The position numbers and the translations under genes were made by a program. The notes beneath the pieces are model-generated. The model was not told the origin of the DNA and did no database searches. It saw nothing but the letters and a program-made list of their open reading frames with translations. This document shows, in pieces, positions 28,455 to 38,817 of a DNA stretch of 64,000 nucleotides. How positions within the stretch are numbered: the first letter of the stretch is position 1; each line of letters opens with the position of its first letter. The DNA comes from Myxococcales bacterium (GTDB lineage: Bacteria; Myxococcota_A; Polyangia; Polyangiales; DASUME01), in the NCBI GenBank assembly GCA_047601445.1, contig JASGJH010000001.1, positions 2,976,001-3,040,000 of the forward strand. Reading direction: 5' to 3'.

Positions 28455-29900
28455 ATGCAATCGAAAACCCTGCTGCTGCTCTCGGCCCTGTGCTTGGCCT
28501 CTTCCGCGCTGCCTGGCTGCGGCGATGATCCCGCAAGCCGCGGTCCCTCTTCCGGCAACCCCGGCGATGGCGACAACGGCGACGGCGACGGCGATGGCGA
28601 CGGTGACACCGGCGATGGTGACAACCCCCACGAGTTCGGCGACGGCGACGGCGACGGTGACACCAGCAGTGGCGACGGTGACGCCGGCCCCATGGAAATG
28701 GGCGGCCAGGACACCGATCCCAACCTGCCCACGGACGGTTCTCTGCCGAAGGGCGAGCCCGCACCCAACGACTGGACCTGGGTGTCGATGAAGACCACCC
28801 TCTGCCGCAATGGCTCGCCCGCCGGTTATTTCTACCGCAAGGGCAGCGAGAAGGGCCTGCTGATCTACCTCAACGGCGGCGGCGCCTGCGCGGACAAGTT
28901 CTTCTGCAACCTCAACCCAGTGGACGTCGATCACGACCTGCCCATCGAGTTCCTCTCGCACGGCACGCCCGACCTCTTCGTCGGCGTGCGCACGCAGCGC
29001 CAGCAGGCCCCCGAGGAGGGCATCTTCAAGCGCTCCGAGGCCTCCAACCCGGTGGCCAAGTGGAGCATGATCTACATCCCCTACTGCACCGGCGACATCC
29101 ACTCGGGTAGCCGCAAGGACGTCGAGGTCCCGAACGTGCCGGGCAAGCAGCAGTTCACCGGCCGCCTCAACTACGAGAAGATGCTCGACAGCTTCGGCCC
29201 CACCTTCGCCGACTCCACGCAGGTGCTGCTCACTGGCTCGAGCGCAGGCGGCTTCGGCTCGCTCTTCAACGCCGACTACACCATCGAGTGGTTCAAGAAG
29301 CACGGCGACAAGGCCAAGGTGAAGATCATCAGCGACTCCGGCGTGCCCTTCCAGAACGCGTACATGGCCGCCTGCTTGCAGAAGCGCTGGCGCACCTACT
29401 GGGGCCTGGACGACATCCTGCCCAAGGATTGCACGGACTGCTTCGCGGCGGACGGCGGCGACATCGTGAAGGGCTACGGCAACTGGCTGTTCCACAAGAA
29501 GTACGAGGGCCAGGTGCTGGGCGGCTTCATCTCCAGCGTGGAAGACGAGATCATCCGCGCCTTCTACGCGCCCGGCTTGAGCATGACGAAGGGCAAGCCC
29601 GACGACTGCACGCTCGACCCCACGTCGAACACCATCAAGGAAGCCGTGATCGGGTCGGCCGGCGGCCTGTTCGGCAACGAGTACACCGGTCAGATGTTCA
29701 CCGACGGTCTCAAGGACGTGCTCTCGACCGTGGTGCACCGCCCGGGCGTGGTCGGCTTCTACACCATCCCCGGCACGCCCCACATGCACATCTGGCGCCC
29801 GCGCTTCTACGAGAAGAACGGCAACGACCAGACCATCGCCGAGTGGACCAAGGACATCCTGGCCGGCAAACCCACCGAGCAGGGAACCCTGTTCAAGTAG
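28455..29900 (+). CDS. Pectin acetylesterase/Notum-family lipoprotein with GD-rich linker
   Basis: LPG-C lipobox; CRNGSPAG, YLNGGGAC, IPYCTGDIHSG, LTGSSAGG, SDSG. Confidence 0.85.
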   Translation: MQSKTLLLLSALCLASSALPGCGDDPASRGPSSGNPGDGDNGDGDGDGDGDTGDGDNPHEFGDGDGDGDTSSGDGDAGPMEMGGQDTDPNLPTDGSLPKGEPAPNDWTWVSMKTTLCRNGSPAGYFYRKGSEKGLLIYLNGGGACADKFFCNLNPVDVDHDLPIEFLSHGTPDLFVGVRTQRQQAPEEGIFKRSEASNPVAKWSMIYIPYCTGDIHSGSRKDVEVPNVPGKQQFTGRLNYEKMLDSFGPTFADSTQVLLTGSSAGGFGSLFNADYTIEWFKKHGDKAKVKIISDSGVPFQNAYMAACLQKRWRTYWGLDDILPKDCTDCFAADGGDIVKGYGNWLFHKKYEGQVLGGFISSVEDEIIRAFYAPGLSMTKGKPDDCTLDPTSNTIKEAVIGSAGGLFGNEYTGQMFTDGLKDVLSTVVHRPGVVGFYTIPGTPHMHIWRPRFYEKNGNDQTIAEWTKDILAGKPTEQGTLFK

Positions 29901-30009
29901 TCAGAAACGGGCAGAGTTGTCGGTTCCCGTAAGCGTGCGCGTGCCTATGCACGTGCACGCTTTTCTTCTTCCAGCCGAACCAAGCTCTGCACGAATGCTG
30001 GACGCCGCC

Positions 30010-30843
30010 TCATTTGCGCTCGGCAATCCGCTCCGCGAGTTCCGCAAATGCGTCGCGCACCGCGACCGGGTTCTCGATCCAGGCGAAGTGAGCGCCGCCC
30101 GCAATCCTGCGGTGCAGGACGTGAGCCCCCTCGAACGCCGGATCATTCCATAGCGCCTGTGTGACGATGCGGTCGTCGGTCCCGCTCACGATGAGGGTCG
30201 GGATCTTCTTCGGCCACCACGTGTGCGCGTACGTTGAGTCGAAGTTCTTGGCGGACCACGCGACGGCACGCGGGTTGTACGGCATGCGGCCGAGCAGCGC
30301 GGCGCCAATCTCGAGGTGATCTGCTCCGAAGTTCCAGGGCGCAGACGCGACACAGACTTCGCGCAGACGTTCGGGCGTCGGGTCGGCGTCGTAGCGCGCA
30401 TTCGCTTCGTTGAACGCGGGTAGCTCGTGGGCTTGGACCATCTCCCCCATCGCCGCCATCCAGGCAGCATCCGGCGCGCTGCTCACGAGCACCAGCCCCT
30501 GGATATGCTGCTCGAGCTCCGGAACCGACAGAAGATACATGCCGCCGGTCGAGTGCCCGACGTACACCGGATGCGGCACGGCGCGCGCGGCCTCGAGTAG
30601 CACCTGGGGCCAGGCCGCATACGGATCGTCGACTTCGACCAGGTTGGAGCCGTCACCCGGCAGGTCGACGAGCCACGCGCGCCCCGGCACCTGAACCGCG
30701 TCGACGAGCTCAATCAGGCTTTCGGAGCCGATCCCCGGCCCGCCCGGGAGAAACAGCCAATCGAGATCGGCCGCGTCGTTCTCGGCCCAGAGCCGCATAC
30801 GTACCTGGGAGGCAGTGTTCAGTTGTCGAATCGGCTGAGTCAT
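30010..30843 (-). CDS. Alpha/beta hydrolase
   Basis: PGGPG, DLPGDG, GHSTGG, GTDD, AHF. Confidence 0.85.
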   Translation of the reverse strand: MTQPIRQLNTASQVRMRLWAENDAADLDWLFLPGGPGIGSESLIELVDAVQVPGRAWLVDLPGDGSNLVEVDDPYAAWPQVLLEAARAVPHPVYVGHSTGGMYLLSVPELEQHIQGLVLVSSAPDAAWMAAMGEMVQAHELPAFNEANARYDADPTPERLREVCVASAPWNFGADHLEIGAALLGRMPYNPRAVAWSAKNFDSTYAHTWWPKKIPTLIVSGTDDRIVTQALWNDPAFEGAHVLHRRIAGGAHFAWIENPVAVRDAFAELAERIAERK

Positions 30844-30923
30844 CAGGCGGACGACTTTGCCGTCCCCCAATATCGTACGCAACTCTCCCCGGCATCCCGC
30901 ACGACAGGCTGCCGCCCTCGCCC

Positions 30924-30967
30924 TTGACGGGGATTTCGTCTTCTCCCATAGTGAACTAAATGGTTCA
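30924..30967 (+). promoter_or_regulatory. Sigma70-type promoter and dyad operator over the arsR-like start
   Basis: TTGACG-N17-CATAGT-N7-ATG; TGAAC-N6-GTTCA palindrome at 30952-30967. Confidence 0.6.
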
Positions 30968-31295
30968 GTATTCGCAGAGCCTGGATCTCTCGTTCGCTGC
31001 CCTCGCGGACCCCACACGGCGCGCCATCTTGCTGCGCCTGGGAAGTTCGACCGCGTCGGTGAGCGAGCTGGCCGAGGGCTTCGAGATGACCCTCACGGGT
31101 CTCAAGAAGCACGTCCAGGTGCTGGAAGACGCGGGGCTCGTGAGCACGGAGAAGGTGGGCCGCGTGCGGCACTGCCGGCTCGGACCACGCCGCCTCGAAG
31201 ACGTCACGAAGTGGATCGCGGGTTACCGCTCGCAACTCGAAGAACGCCTCGATCACTTGGAGGCCTTCCTCGAACGAACGAAAGGAACGCCATGA
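30960..31295 (+). CDS. ArsR/SmtB-family regulator
   Basis: FAALADPTRRAIL..SVSELA..KHVQVLEDAGLV. Confidence 0.9.
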   Translation: MVQYSQSLDLSFAALADPTRRAILLRLGSSTASVSELAEGFEMTLTGLKKHVQVLEDAGLVSTEKVGRVRHCRLGPRRLEDVTKWIAGYRSQLEERLDHLEAFLERTKGTP

Positions 31296-31768
31296 CTCTC
31301 AGCAAGCAACAAACCCTGCTCAGTACACCCGGCGACCGCGAGATTCGCATCGAGCGCGTCTTCAATGCGCCGCGTGAGCGCGTCTGGAAAGCCATGACCA
31401 CGCCAGAGCTGGTCGCTCAATGGTGGGGACGCGGCAACAAGCTCGTGATCGAGCGCATGGACGTGGTGCGCGGCGGACACTGGCGCTTCGTGGAGCACGC
31501 CCCGGATGGCGTGCACGGCTTCGAGGGGCGCTACCGCGAGGTCACGCCGCCCGAGCGCGTGGTGCAGACGTTCTCCTGGGATGGGATGCCAGGTCACGTG
31601 TTGGTGGAAACCATCACGCTGGAGGACCTGGGCGATGGCCGCACCAAGATCGTCACCGTCTCACTCTTCCACACCACCGAGGAGCGCGATGGCATGCTGC
31701 AGGCTGGGATGGAGGGCGGCTTGACCCAGAGCTACGAGGCCCTCGACCGCCTGCTCGCACGGCTCTGA
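31292..31768 (+). CDS. SRPBCC/AHSA1-like protein
   Basis: RVFNAPRERVWKA.T.PELVAQWWG; G.YREV.PPER; ATGA overlap. Confidence 0.9.
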   Translation: MTLSKQQTLLSTPGDREIRIERVFNAPRERVWKAMTTPELVAQWWGRGNKLVIERMDVVRGGHWRFVEHAPDGVHGFEGRYREVTPPERVVQTFSWDGMPGHVLVETITLEDLGDGRTKIVTVSLFHTTEERDGMLQAGMEGGLTQSYEALDRLLARL

Positions 31769-31806
31769 CGCGCGCCGCCGACGTTCCGAAAAAAAGCCGC
31801 CAACCA

Positions 31807-31833
31807 TGTCGAGCGGCCAACGGCGGCTACGAC
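31807..31833 (+). promoter_or_regulatory. ECF42-type promoter (second copy)
   Basis: TGTCGA-N17-CGAC with upstream A7 tract. Confidence 0.7.
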
Positions 31834-31883
31834 TATGCGGTGAAGGCGGCGGCATCGAGCACGCCCAGGAAGGAACGAACACC

Positions 31884-32276
31884 ATGAAATTCATGCTCTT
31901 CATGAGCGCGCCCTACGGCACCGGCGACTGGGACATCACCAAGAAGTGGGCCCCCGCAGACTTCCAGGCCCACATGCGTTTCATGCGCGAGCTCAACGAG
32001 GATTTGCTGGCCGCTGGCGAGCTGGTCGGCGGTGCAGCGCTCACGCCGCCCCGTCAGGCCAGGCTGGTTCGAGCCGGGAGCCAGGGCAAGCCCGAGGTCA
32101 CCGACGGCCCGTTCGCCGAGTCCAAGGAGTTCTTGGCTGGCTACTGGATCGTCGACGTGGAGACGGCCGAGCGTGCCTACGCCATCGCGGCGCGCGCCTC
32201 CACGGCGCCAGGGCCCGGAGGCGCGCCCCTCAATATGACCCTCGAGGTGCGCGAGGTGATGTCCGACCTCGCGTGA
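31884..32276 (+). CDS. YciI/DGPF family protein (second paralog)
   Basis: VTDGPFAESKEFLAGYW. Confidence 0.92.
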   Translation: MKFMLFMSAPYGTGDWDITKKWAPADFQAHMRFMRELNEDLLAAGELVGGAALTPPRQARLVRAGSQGKPEVTDGPFAESKEFLAGYWIVDVETAERAYAIAARASTAPGPGGAPLNMTLEVREVMSDLA

Positions 32277-32312
32277 GGCGCTTGGGCTTCCCTCGAATCC
32301 GTTGACACTTGC

Positions 32313-33188
32313 TTAGGCGGCCTGAGCCGCAGTGTAATCGTTCTCGAACTCGGCTGGGGTCCGATACCCCAGTGACGAATGTAGCCTCCGCCGATTGTAG
32401 AAGACCTCGATGTACTCGAAGACTGCGGACCGGAGCTCAAGGCGTCCGGCCCAACGTCGGCCGTGAATTAGCTCGGCCTTGATGGTCGAAAAGAAGCTCT
32501 CCGCGACCGCGTTATCCCAGCAGTTGCCCTTGCGGCTCATGCTGACCGAGAGCCCGTGCTGGGCGAGCGATGAGCGGTATTCCTGACTCGTGTACTGGCA
32601 GCCCCGGTCAGAGTGGTGGAGCAGGCCTGCTGCGTCGGGACGACGGCGCCGAAGCGCCATGTCCAGCGCTGCGAGGGGCAGCTGGGTCGAGAGCATGGCG
32701 TCCAGAGCCCAGCCCACGACGGTCCTGGAAAACAGGTCGATGATGACAGCGAGGTAGCACCAGCCCTCGTCGGTCCAGACGTACGAGATGTCCGTCACCC
32801 AGCGCTGATTGGGACGTTCGGCGCGGAACTCGCGGTTGAGCACGTTAGGCTCGACTGGATGCCGCGGATTTGCAGCGGTGGTCACACGGAACCGGCGACG
32901 AGGCCGGGCGCAGAGCCCCAAGCTCCGCATGGCGCGCTCCACCCGGCGTTTGCCGACCCGAATGCCACGACGTCGGAGTTCCTTTCGAACTCGCGGACTT
33001 CCGTAGGCGTTGCGGCTCTCCGCGTGCACCTGGCCGACCCGTTCCAAGAGGGCCCGGTCCTGGTCCGCACGGGGACTCGGCGGGCGACTCGCGAACGCGT
33101 AGTACCCCTGCCGGGTCACCTGCAGGTTCCGGCACAGCGCTGACACCGGGAAGTTCGCCTTCTCCGCGTGGATGAAGGCGAACCTCAT
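32313..33188 (-). CDS. IS3 transposase OrfB (DDE integrase core)
   Basis: WVTDISY, HSDRGCQY, GNCWDNAVAESFF, YNRRRLHSSLGY. Confidence 0.95.
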   Translation of the reverse strand: MRFAFIHAEKANFPVSALCRNLQVTRQGYYAFASRPPSPRADQDRALLERVGQVHAESRNAYGSPRVRKELRRRGIRVGKRRVERAMRSLGLCARPRRRFRVTTAANPRHPVEPNVLNREFRAERPNQRWVTDISYVWTDEGWCYLAVIIDLFSRTVVGWALDAMLSTQLPLAALDMALRRRRPDAAGLLHHSDRGCQYTSQEYRSSLAQHGLSVSMSRKGNCWDNAVAESFFSTIKAELIHGRRWAGRLELRSAVFEYIEVFYNRRRLHSSLGYRTPAEFENDYTAAQAA

Positions 33189-33523
33189 TCGCTTTCCTTC
33201 GCGAAGAAGGCTGCCGCTTTTTTTAGGATTTCGCGGTCCATTTCGAGCGACTCCACCTTCTTGCGTAACCGCTCGTTCTCCCGCTCCAGCCGGGCCGCCT
33301 TCTCCTCTGCCGTTTCAGCAGCAGGTACCGGAGCGACCGGTACCCCCGGCTTCCGCTTGCTCTTCTTGGCCATCTCGTCTCTGTTGTACCACTCCCGCAA
33401 GGTCCAGCTGCTGATGCCTAAATCCACGGACAACTGGGCAAAACTGCGGTCGTCCCGCTTCATCAGCGCGATCGTCTCTGCCTTGAACTCATCGGTGTAC
33501 TTGTTGTGCTTCCGAACACGCAT
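33185..33523 (-). CDS. IS3 transposase OrfA (HTH + leucine zipper)
   Basis: YTDEFKAETI..LGIS..TL..W; LERENERLR..EILKKAAAFFAKE. Confidence 0.93.
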   Translation of the reverse strand: MRVRKHNKYTDEFKAETIALMKRDDRSFAQLSVDLGISSWTLREWYNRDEMAKKSKRKPGVPVAPVPAAETAEEKAARLERENERLRKKVESLEMDREILKKAAAFFAKESE

Positions 33524-33735
33524 CAGTTTCTCCTGCGTGTCAACGGAACTGGGGGAGCTTCAGCCTTCTCCTCACGACGTCCTTTCTCACTATCCTCCTC
33601 ACGACCTCCTCTCCGCCCAATGTTCTCTTGGGTTTGGGCCGGTGCTTCGGTGAGGCAGGCTTGTGGGGGCGCGCCCGGCGCTTGTCGCGTCGATGGTTCA
33701 CAAGCGAACTCCCGAGCTCTCGTGAGGCACCCGCG

Positions 33736-34047
33736 TCAGCGTTGCGGCCGGGTCTCGCTGTTGGGTGCCTCGCTCTCGGGTGCTGCGCTGAGCGCTGGCT
33801 GGGGAGCGTGGCCGTGGCCCAAGGTGCCGTACATGGCGTCGAGCTCCTCGTGTTCTTCGTCATGGTTGAGCGCAGCCTGATCGTCGACCTTCGAATAGGT
33901 CATCTTGGTCTTGCCGGGCTCCTCGGGATTGTGGGTGACCTCTTCGTTGGTCACGGCGCTCACGGTATGGCGCTTCACGGGGTGCCCATGCGCGCAGGCC
34001 GAAGTGGCTCCGAGCAGGAGCGCCATCGAGACGAATGATCGGGTCAT
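33736..34047 (-). CDS. Small His/acidic-rich lipoprotein
   Basis: TSA-C lipobox; GAGGAGG SD. Confidence 0.55.
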   Translation of the reverse strand: MTRSFVSMALLLGATSACAHGHPVKRHTVSAVTNEEVTHNPEEPGKTKMTYSKVDDQAALNHDEEHEELDAMYGTLGHGHAPQPALSAAPESEAPNSETRPQR

Positions 34048-34365
34048 GCTTTCCTCCTCATTGCGCGCGCGGCGGCGGCCGCGCTGTATGGCTGAGCGCG
34101 CGACCCGAGCCGCTGCGCTGAGTCTGGGAGCTAACGCAGCATCGCTCGTGCCAGTTGGGCAGGCTCGCGCGAGGCTCCAGAAACATGGGCAATTCCCGAC
34201 GAATTCCATGATTTATTCACTCTTGCACGTCGCATCGGCGCCCCACTGTGCGCGCCCACTCAGGCTTGGTGGCTCAAGTGAACCCAAGTAGACTCATGAG
34301 CACAGGCGAGCACGAGCGAACTCCGGACAACCGAAAGCGTGGCCAACGTGATAGCGTCCCCTCTT

Positions 34366-35325
<960 letters not shown>

Positions 35326-35394
35326 GCGGCCGACGAATTTTTGCTCGTGTTTTCGCGCGCTTCGCGGCCAGCCTAAAATTTGTTTGCGGACCAC

Positions 35395-35425
35395 CGATGA
35401 GTTCTCGTCGGAGCGCAGGTCTATC
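35395..35425 (+). promoter_or_regulatory. SigG/ECF56-type promoter
   Basis: CGATGA-N18-GTC upstream of doxX-VOC-GST. Confidence 0.65.
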
Positions 35426-35452
35426 TGGGTGAATCCAACAGGAGCCACCAAG

Positions 35453-35905
35453 ATGACCAGTCTCGCCTTCTCGAACCAAGCCCCTCACACCTCCCAGTAC
35501 GACGCCGCGCGCACGGAGCCCGCAGGAACCCCTGGCCGTCGTGCCCGCATCGCGGGTCGCATCGTGAGCGGACTGGGTGTGGCCTTCTTGACCTTCGACG
35601 CCAGCTTGAAGCTGCTCGTGCTCGACTGGGCCGTGAAGGGCACGGTGGAACTCGGCTACCCCGCGCATCAAGTCTTTGCCCTCGGCCTGCTGCAGCTCGC
35701 GCTGATGATCACCTATCTGATCCCACGCACGGCCGTGCTCGGCGCGGTGTTGTGGACGGGCTACTTCGGCGGCGCGATTGCTACCCACGTGCGGCTCGAG
35801 AATCCCCTGTTCAGCCACGTGCTGTTCCCCATCTACATCGCTGCGCTGCTGTGGGTCGGCCTGTGGCTGCGCGACACCCGCGTGCGCGCCCTGATCCGCG
35901 CCTGA
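35453..35905 (+). CDS. DoxX-family membrane protein
   Basis: LGYP, PRTAVLGAVLWTGYFGGAIATHVR, WVGLWLRD. Confidence 0.88.
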   Translation: MTSLAFSNQAPHTSQYDAARTEPAGTPGRRARIAGRIVSGLGVAFLTFDASLKLLVLDWAVKGTVELGYPAHQVFALGLLQLALMITYLIPRTAVLGAVLWTGYFGGAIATHVRLENPLFSHVLFPIYIAALLWVGLWLRDTRVRALIRA

Positions 35906-35966
35906 ACCTCAGGGGCTGTCCGAACTCAACCGACAACCGATCCCGTAACCAAGAGAGACCCAAGCC

Positions 35967-36389
35967 ATGACCACCAAGAACGCTCGCAAGATCTTCGTGA
36001 ACCTGCCCGTGAAGAACCTCAAGAACTCGATGAAATTCTTCAGTCAGCTCGGCTTCGAGTTCAACCCGCAGTTCACCGACGACAAAGCGGCCTGCATGCT
36101 CGTCAGCGAAGAGGCCTTCGTGATGTTGCTCAGCGAACCCTTCTTCAAGACCTTCGCCAAGCAGCGCGAGCTGTGCGACACGCGCACCCACACCGAGGCC
36201 CTGTTCGCGCTCTCGTGTGAGAGCCGCGCCGAGGTCGACGCCCTCATCCAGAAGGTCCTCGCGGCGGGCGGCAAGACCGCCGAGGATCCCCAGGATCACG
36301 GCTTCATGTACGGACAAGGCTTCTACGATCTCGACGGTCACGGATGGGAAGTGATGTGGATGGACCCGGCGGCGATTCAGAAGCACTAA
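35967..36389 (+). CDS. VOC/glyoxalase family protein
   Basis: IFVNLPVKNL..S..FF..LGF.FNPQF; DHGFMY..F.DLDGH.WE. Confidence 0.9.
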   Translation: MTTKNARKIFVNLPVKNLKNSMKFFSQLGFEFNPQFTDDKAACMLVSEEAFVMLLSEPFFKTFAKQRELCDTRTHTEALFALSCESRAEVDALIQKVLAAGGKTAEDPQDHGFMYGQGFYDLDGHGWEVMWMDPAAIQKH

Positions 36390-36426
36390 TAGCCCCGCGC
36401 CTTCCAGCCAAGGAGAAGCTTCCTCG

Positions 36427-37065
36427 ATGACCATCACCATTACCGCCTTCGAACGCTCGCCTGACGGCGGCCAGGGCCTGGCGCGCGACACGCGCGTGCG
36501 CTGGGCACTCGAGGAAGTGGGCCAACCCTACGAAGTCCGCCTCGTGTCGTTTGCTGCGATGAAGGAGCCCGCCCATCTGGCGCTCCACCCCTTCGGTCAA
36601 ATTCCGACCTACGAGGAAGGTGAGCTCGCGCTCTTCGAAACAGGAGCGATCGTATTTCACCTCGCCCAGCGGCACGCGGGCTTGCTGCCGGACGACGCCG
36701 ATGCTCGGGCGCGCGCCGTCACCTGGATGTTCGCCGCGCTCAGCACGATCGAGCCACCGATTTTGGAACTGGTGACCGCCAAGATCCTGGAGGCCGACAA
36801 GCCCTGGACCAAAGAACGTTTGCCACTGGTCATGGAGCGCATCCGAAACCGGTTGAAGCAACTGTCCGCGCGTCTTGGCCATGCCGACTGGCTCGATGGT
36901 GCGTTCAGCGCGGGCGACTTGATGATGGTGTCGGTGTTGCTCAGGTTGAGGCCCTCCGGCATCCTCGACGAGTACCCGAGCCTGGCTGCCTATGTTGCTC
37001 GCGGCGAAGCACGGCCCGCCTACAAGCGGGCCTTCGACGCCCAGCTGGCGGTGAACACCCGCTAG
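36427..37065 (+). CDS. Glutathione S-transferase family protein
   Basis: RVRWALEE, HPFGQIP, FETGAI, FSAGDL, RPAYKRA. Confidence 0.9.
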   Translation: MTITITAFERSPDGGQGLARDTRVRWALEEVGQPYEVRLVSFAAMKEPAHLALHPFGQIPTYEEGELALFETGAIVFHLAQRHAGLLPDDADARARAVTWMFAALSTIEPPILELVTAKILEADKPWTKERLPLVMERIRNRLKQLSARLGHADWLDGAFSAGDLMMVSVLLRLRPSGILDEYPSLAAYVARGEARPAYKRAFDAQLAVNTR

Positions 37066-37853
37066 AACTCGCCGTGTCGCCCGTCGCCGTTGGCAAAGCG
37101 TCCGGCCCCCAGCATGGTCTCGCCTGACGCCAAGGTGCGCATGCCCAGGGCAAACTCCTCGGCGAGCGCGGCTTCCTCCGAGAGGGCCCACTGTGCGTAG
37201 GCGCTGCGTCGATCTCCTCGCATGCAGGCCTGCGGAAAGTTCGCCACCTCGAGCGCCAGTCGCTCCACTTCGACCTGCAGCTGGCTCGCTTCGACCACGC
37301 GGTTGACGAGCCCCATGTGCAGCGCCTCCCGGGCGTCCACGGCACGCCCGGTGAGGATCATGTCGAGAGCGCGCCCCATGCCGATGACGCGTGGCAGCCG
37401 CACGCTGCCGCCGTCGATCAAGGGCACGCCGAAGCGTCGGCAAAACACGCCGAAAATGGCGCTCTCGTCGGCCACACGCAGGTCGCACCAGAGCGCGAGT
37501 TCGAGCCCACCGGCCACGCAATAACCGGAGACCGCGGCGATCACTGGCTTGTCGAGGCGAAAGCGCGTGGGGCCCATGGGCGCTCGCTGCAGGGGCTCCC
37601 CGTTGGGCGGCTCGAGCGAGGTCACGCGCGCCGGATCGCCGCTGGCCACGGCCTTGAGGTCCGCGCCGGCACAGAAATGCCCACCTGCACCAGTGAGGAT
37701 GGCCACCCGCAGCTCGGGATCACGCTCGAAGGCGCGAAAGGCCTCGGCCAGTGCCTCGGAGGTCGGACCGTCCACCGCGTTGCGCGCCTCGGGGCGCTGG
37801 ATGGTGACCCACAAGAGCGGCGGGCGACGTTGTGTAACCACGCTCGATGACAT
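37062..37853 (-). CDS. Enoyl-CoA hydratase/crotonase family protein
   Basis: RPEARNA, FCAGADLK, KPVIAAVSG..VAGGLELA. Confidence 0.92.
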   Translation of the reverse strand: MSSSVVTQRRPPLLWVTIQRPEARNAVDGPTSEALAEAFRAFERDPELRVAILTGAGGHFCAGADLKAVASGDPARVTSLEPPNGEPLQRAPMGPTRFRLDKPVIAAVSGYCVAGGLELALWCDLRVADESAIFGVFCRRFGVPLIDGGSVRLPRVIGMGRALDMILTGRAVDAREALHMGLVNRVVEASQLQVEVERLALEVANFPQACMRGDRRSAYAQWALSEEAALAEEFALGMRTLASGETMLGAGRFANGDGRHGEF

Positions 37854-37977
37854 GCCGTCCTCCTTGCTGCGTGCCGAAAGACAACATTACACACAGTTGA
37901 CGAGCAAGACAATCCGTGAAACGTTACACAACGCGACACTCATTTGCATACGCAGTAGTATTCGGAGACCAGCCGAC

Positions 37978-38796
37978 GTGTCCATTCAGCCCCGCCATCT
38001 CATCCTCAAGCTCATGCTCGGCGCCCAGGGCAGCGCCCTCTCGGCCCGCGCGGCGGTGGCGTCCTGCGCGCTGTTCGGCATCCGCGAGAACAGCGTGCGC
38101 GTGGCGCTGGTGAGGCTTTCGGCGGCCGGCATGATCGAGGCGGCGGGGCGAGGCAGCTACCGCATCGGCCCCAGCGCGGCCCAGCTGGCTGACGACGTGC
38201 GCACCTGGCGCACGGCCGAGTCGCGCGTGCGCAAGTGGAGCGGGGCCTTCGTGGCAGTGCACACGGCCGCGTTGGGACGCACCGATCGCGGCGCCCTGCG
38301 CCAGCGGGAGCGCGCGCTCGAGCTACTCGGGTTTCGCGAGCTCAGCCAGGACCTGTTCGTGCGCCCGGACAACCTCGTGGGCGGCGTGGGAGCGGTACGC
38401 GAGCGCCTCATGAAGCTAGGCCTCGACGCCGGGGCTCTCGTGTTCTTGGCCAGCGAGCTCGGCCCGGATCACGCACGAGGTGTGCATGATCTGTGGGACG
38501 GCCAGGCCTTGACCAAGTCCTATCAGCAGACCCGCGGGCGACTCGAGAAGTGGCTCGCGCGCGCACCCAAGCTCGATCTGGACGTGGCGGCGCGCGAGTG
38601 CTTCCTGATGGGCAACGACGCCATCCGTCAGGTGGTGTTCGATCCGCTGCTGCCCGATCCCCTGGTTAGCGCCGATGAGCGGCGCGCCTTCGTGGAGACG
38701 GTGCTTCGCTACGACCGCGCGGGCCAGACCATCTGGCGGCGCTTCCTCCAACCCCTGCTGGGCGACGCGGCCGAATCCGCGCTGCAAGCCCACTGA
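37978..38796 (+). CDS. PaaX-like transcriptional regulator
   Basis: LFGIRENSVRVALVRL..RGSY; RPDNL; DPLLPDPL. Confidence 0.8.
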   Translation: MSIQPRHLILKLMLGAQGSALSARAAVASCALFGIRENSVRVALVRLSAAGMIEAAGRGSYRIGPSAAQLADDVRTWRTAESRVRKWSGAFVAVHTAALGRTDRGALRQRERALELLGFRELSQDLFVRPDNLVGGVGAVRERLMKLGLDAGALVFLASELGPDHARGVHDLWDGQALTKSYQQTRGRLEKWLARAPKLDLDVAARECFLMGNDAIRQVVFDPLLPDPLVSADERRAFVETVLRYDRAGQTIWRRFLQPLLGDAAESALQAH

Positions 38797-38817
38797 TTGC
38801 GCGCCGTGAGAAGCCCC

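Larger units (their letters stand above)
32283..33562 (-). mobile_element. IS3-family insertion sequence, 1280 bp
   Basis: TG..CA ends; 26-bp imperfect terminal inverted repeats TGAAGCTCCCCCAGTTCCGTTGACAC / TGGGCTTCCCTCGAATCCGTTGACAC (18/26); orfA+orfB; A7G slippery site at 33217-33224. Confidence 0.93.
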
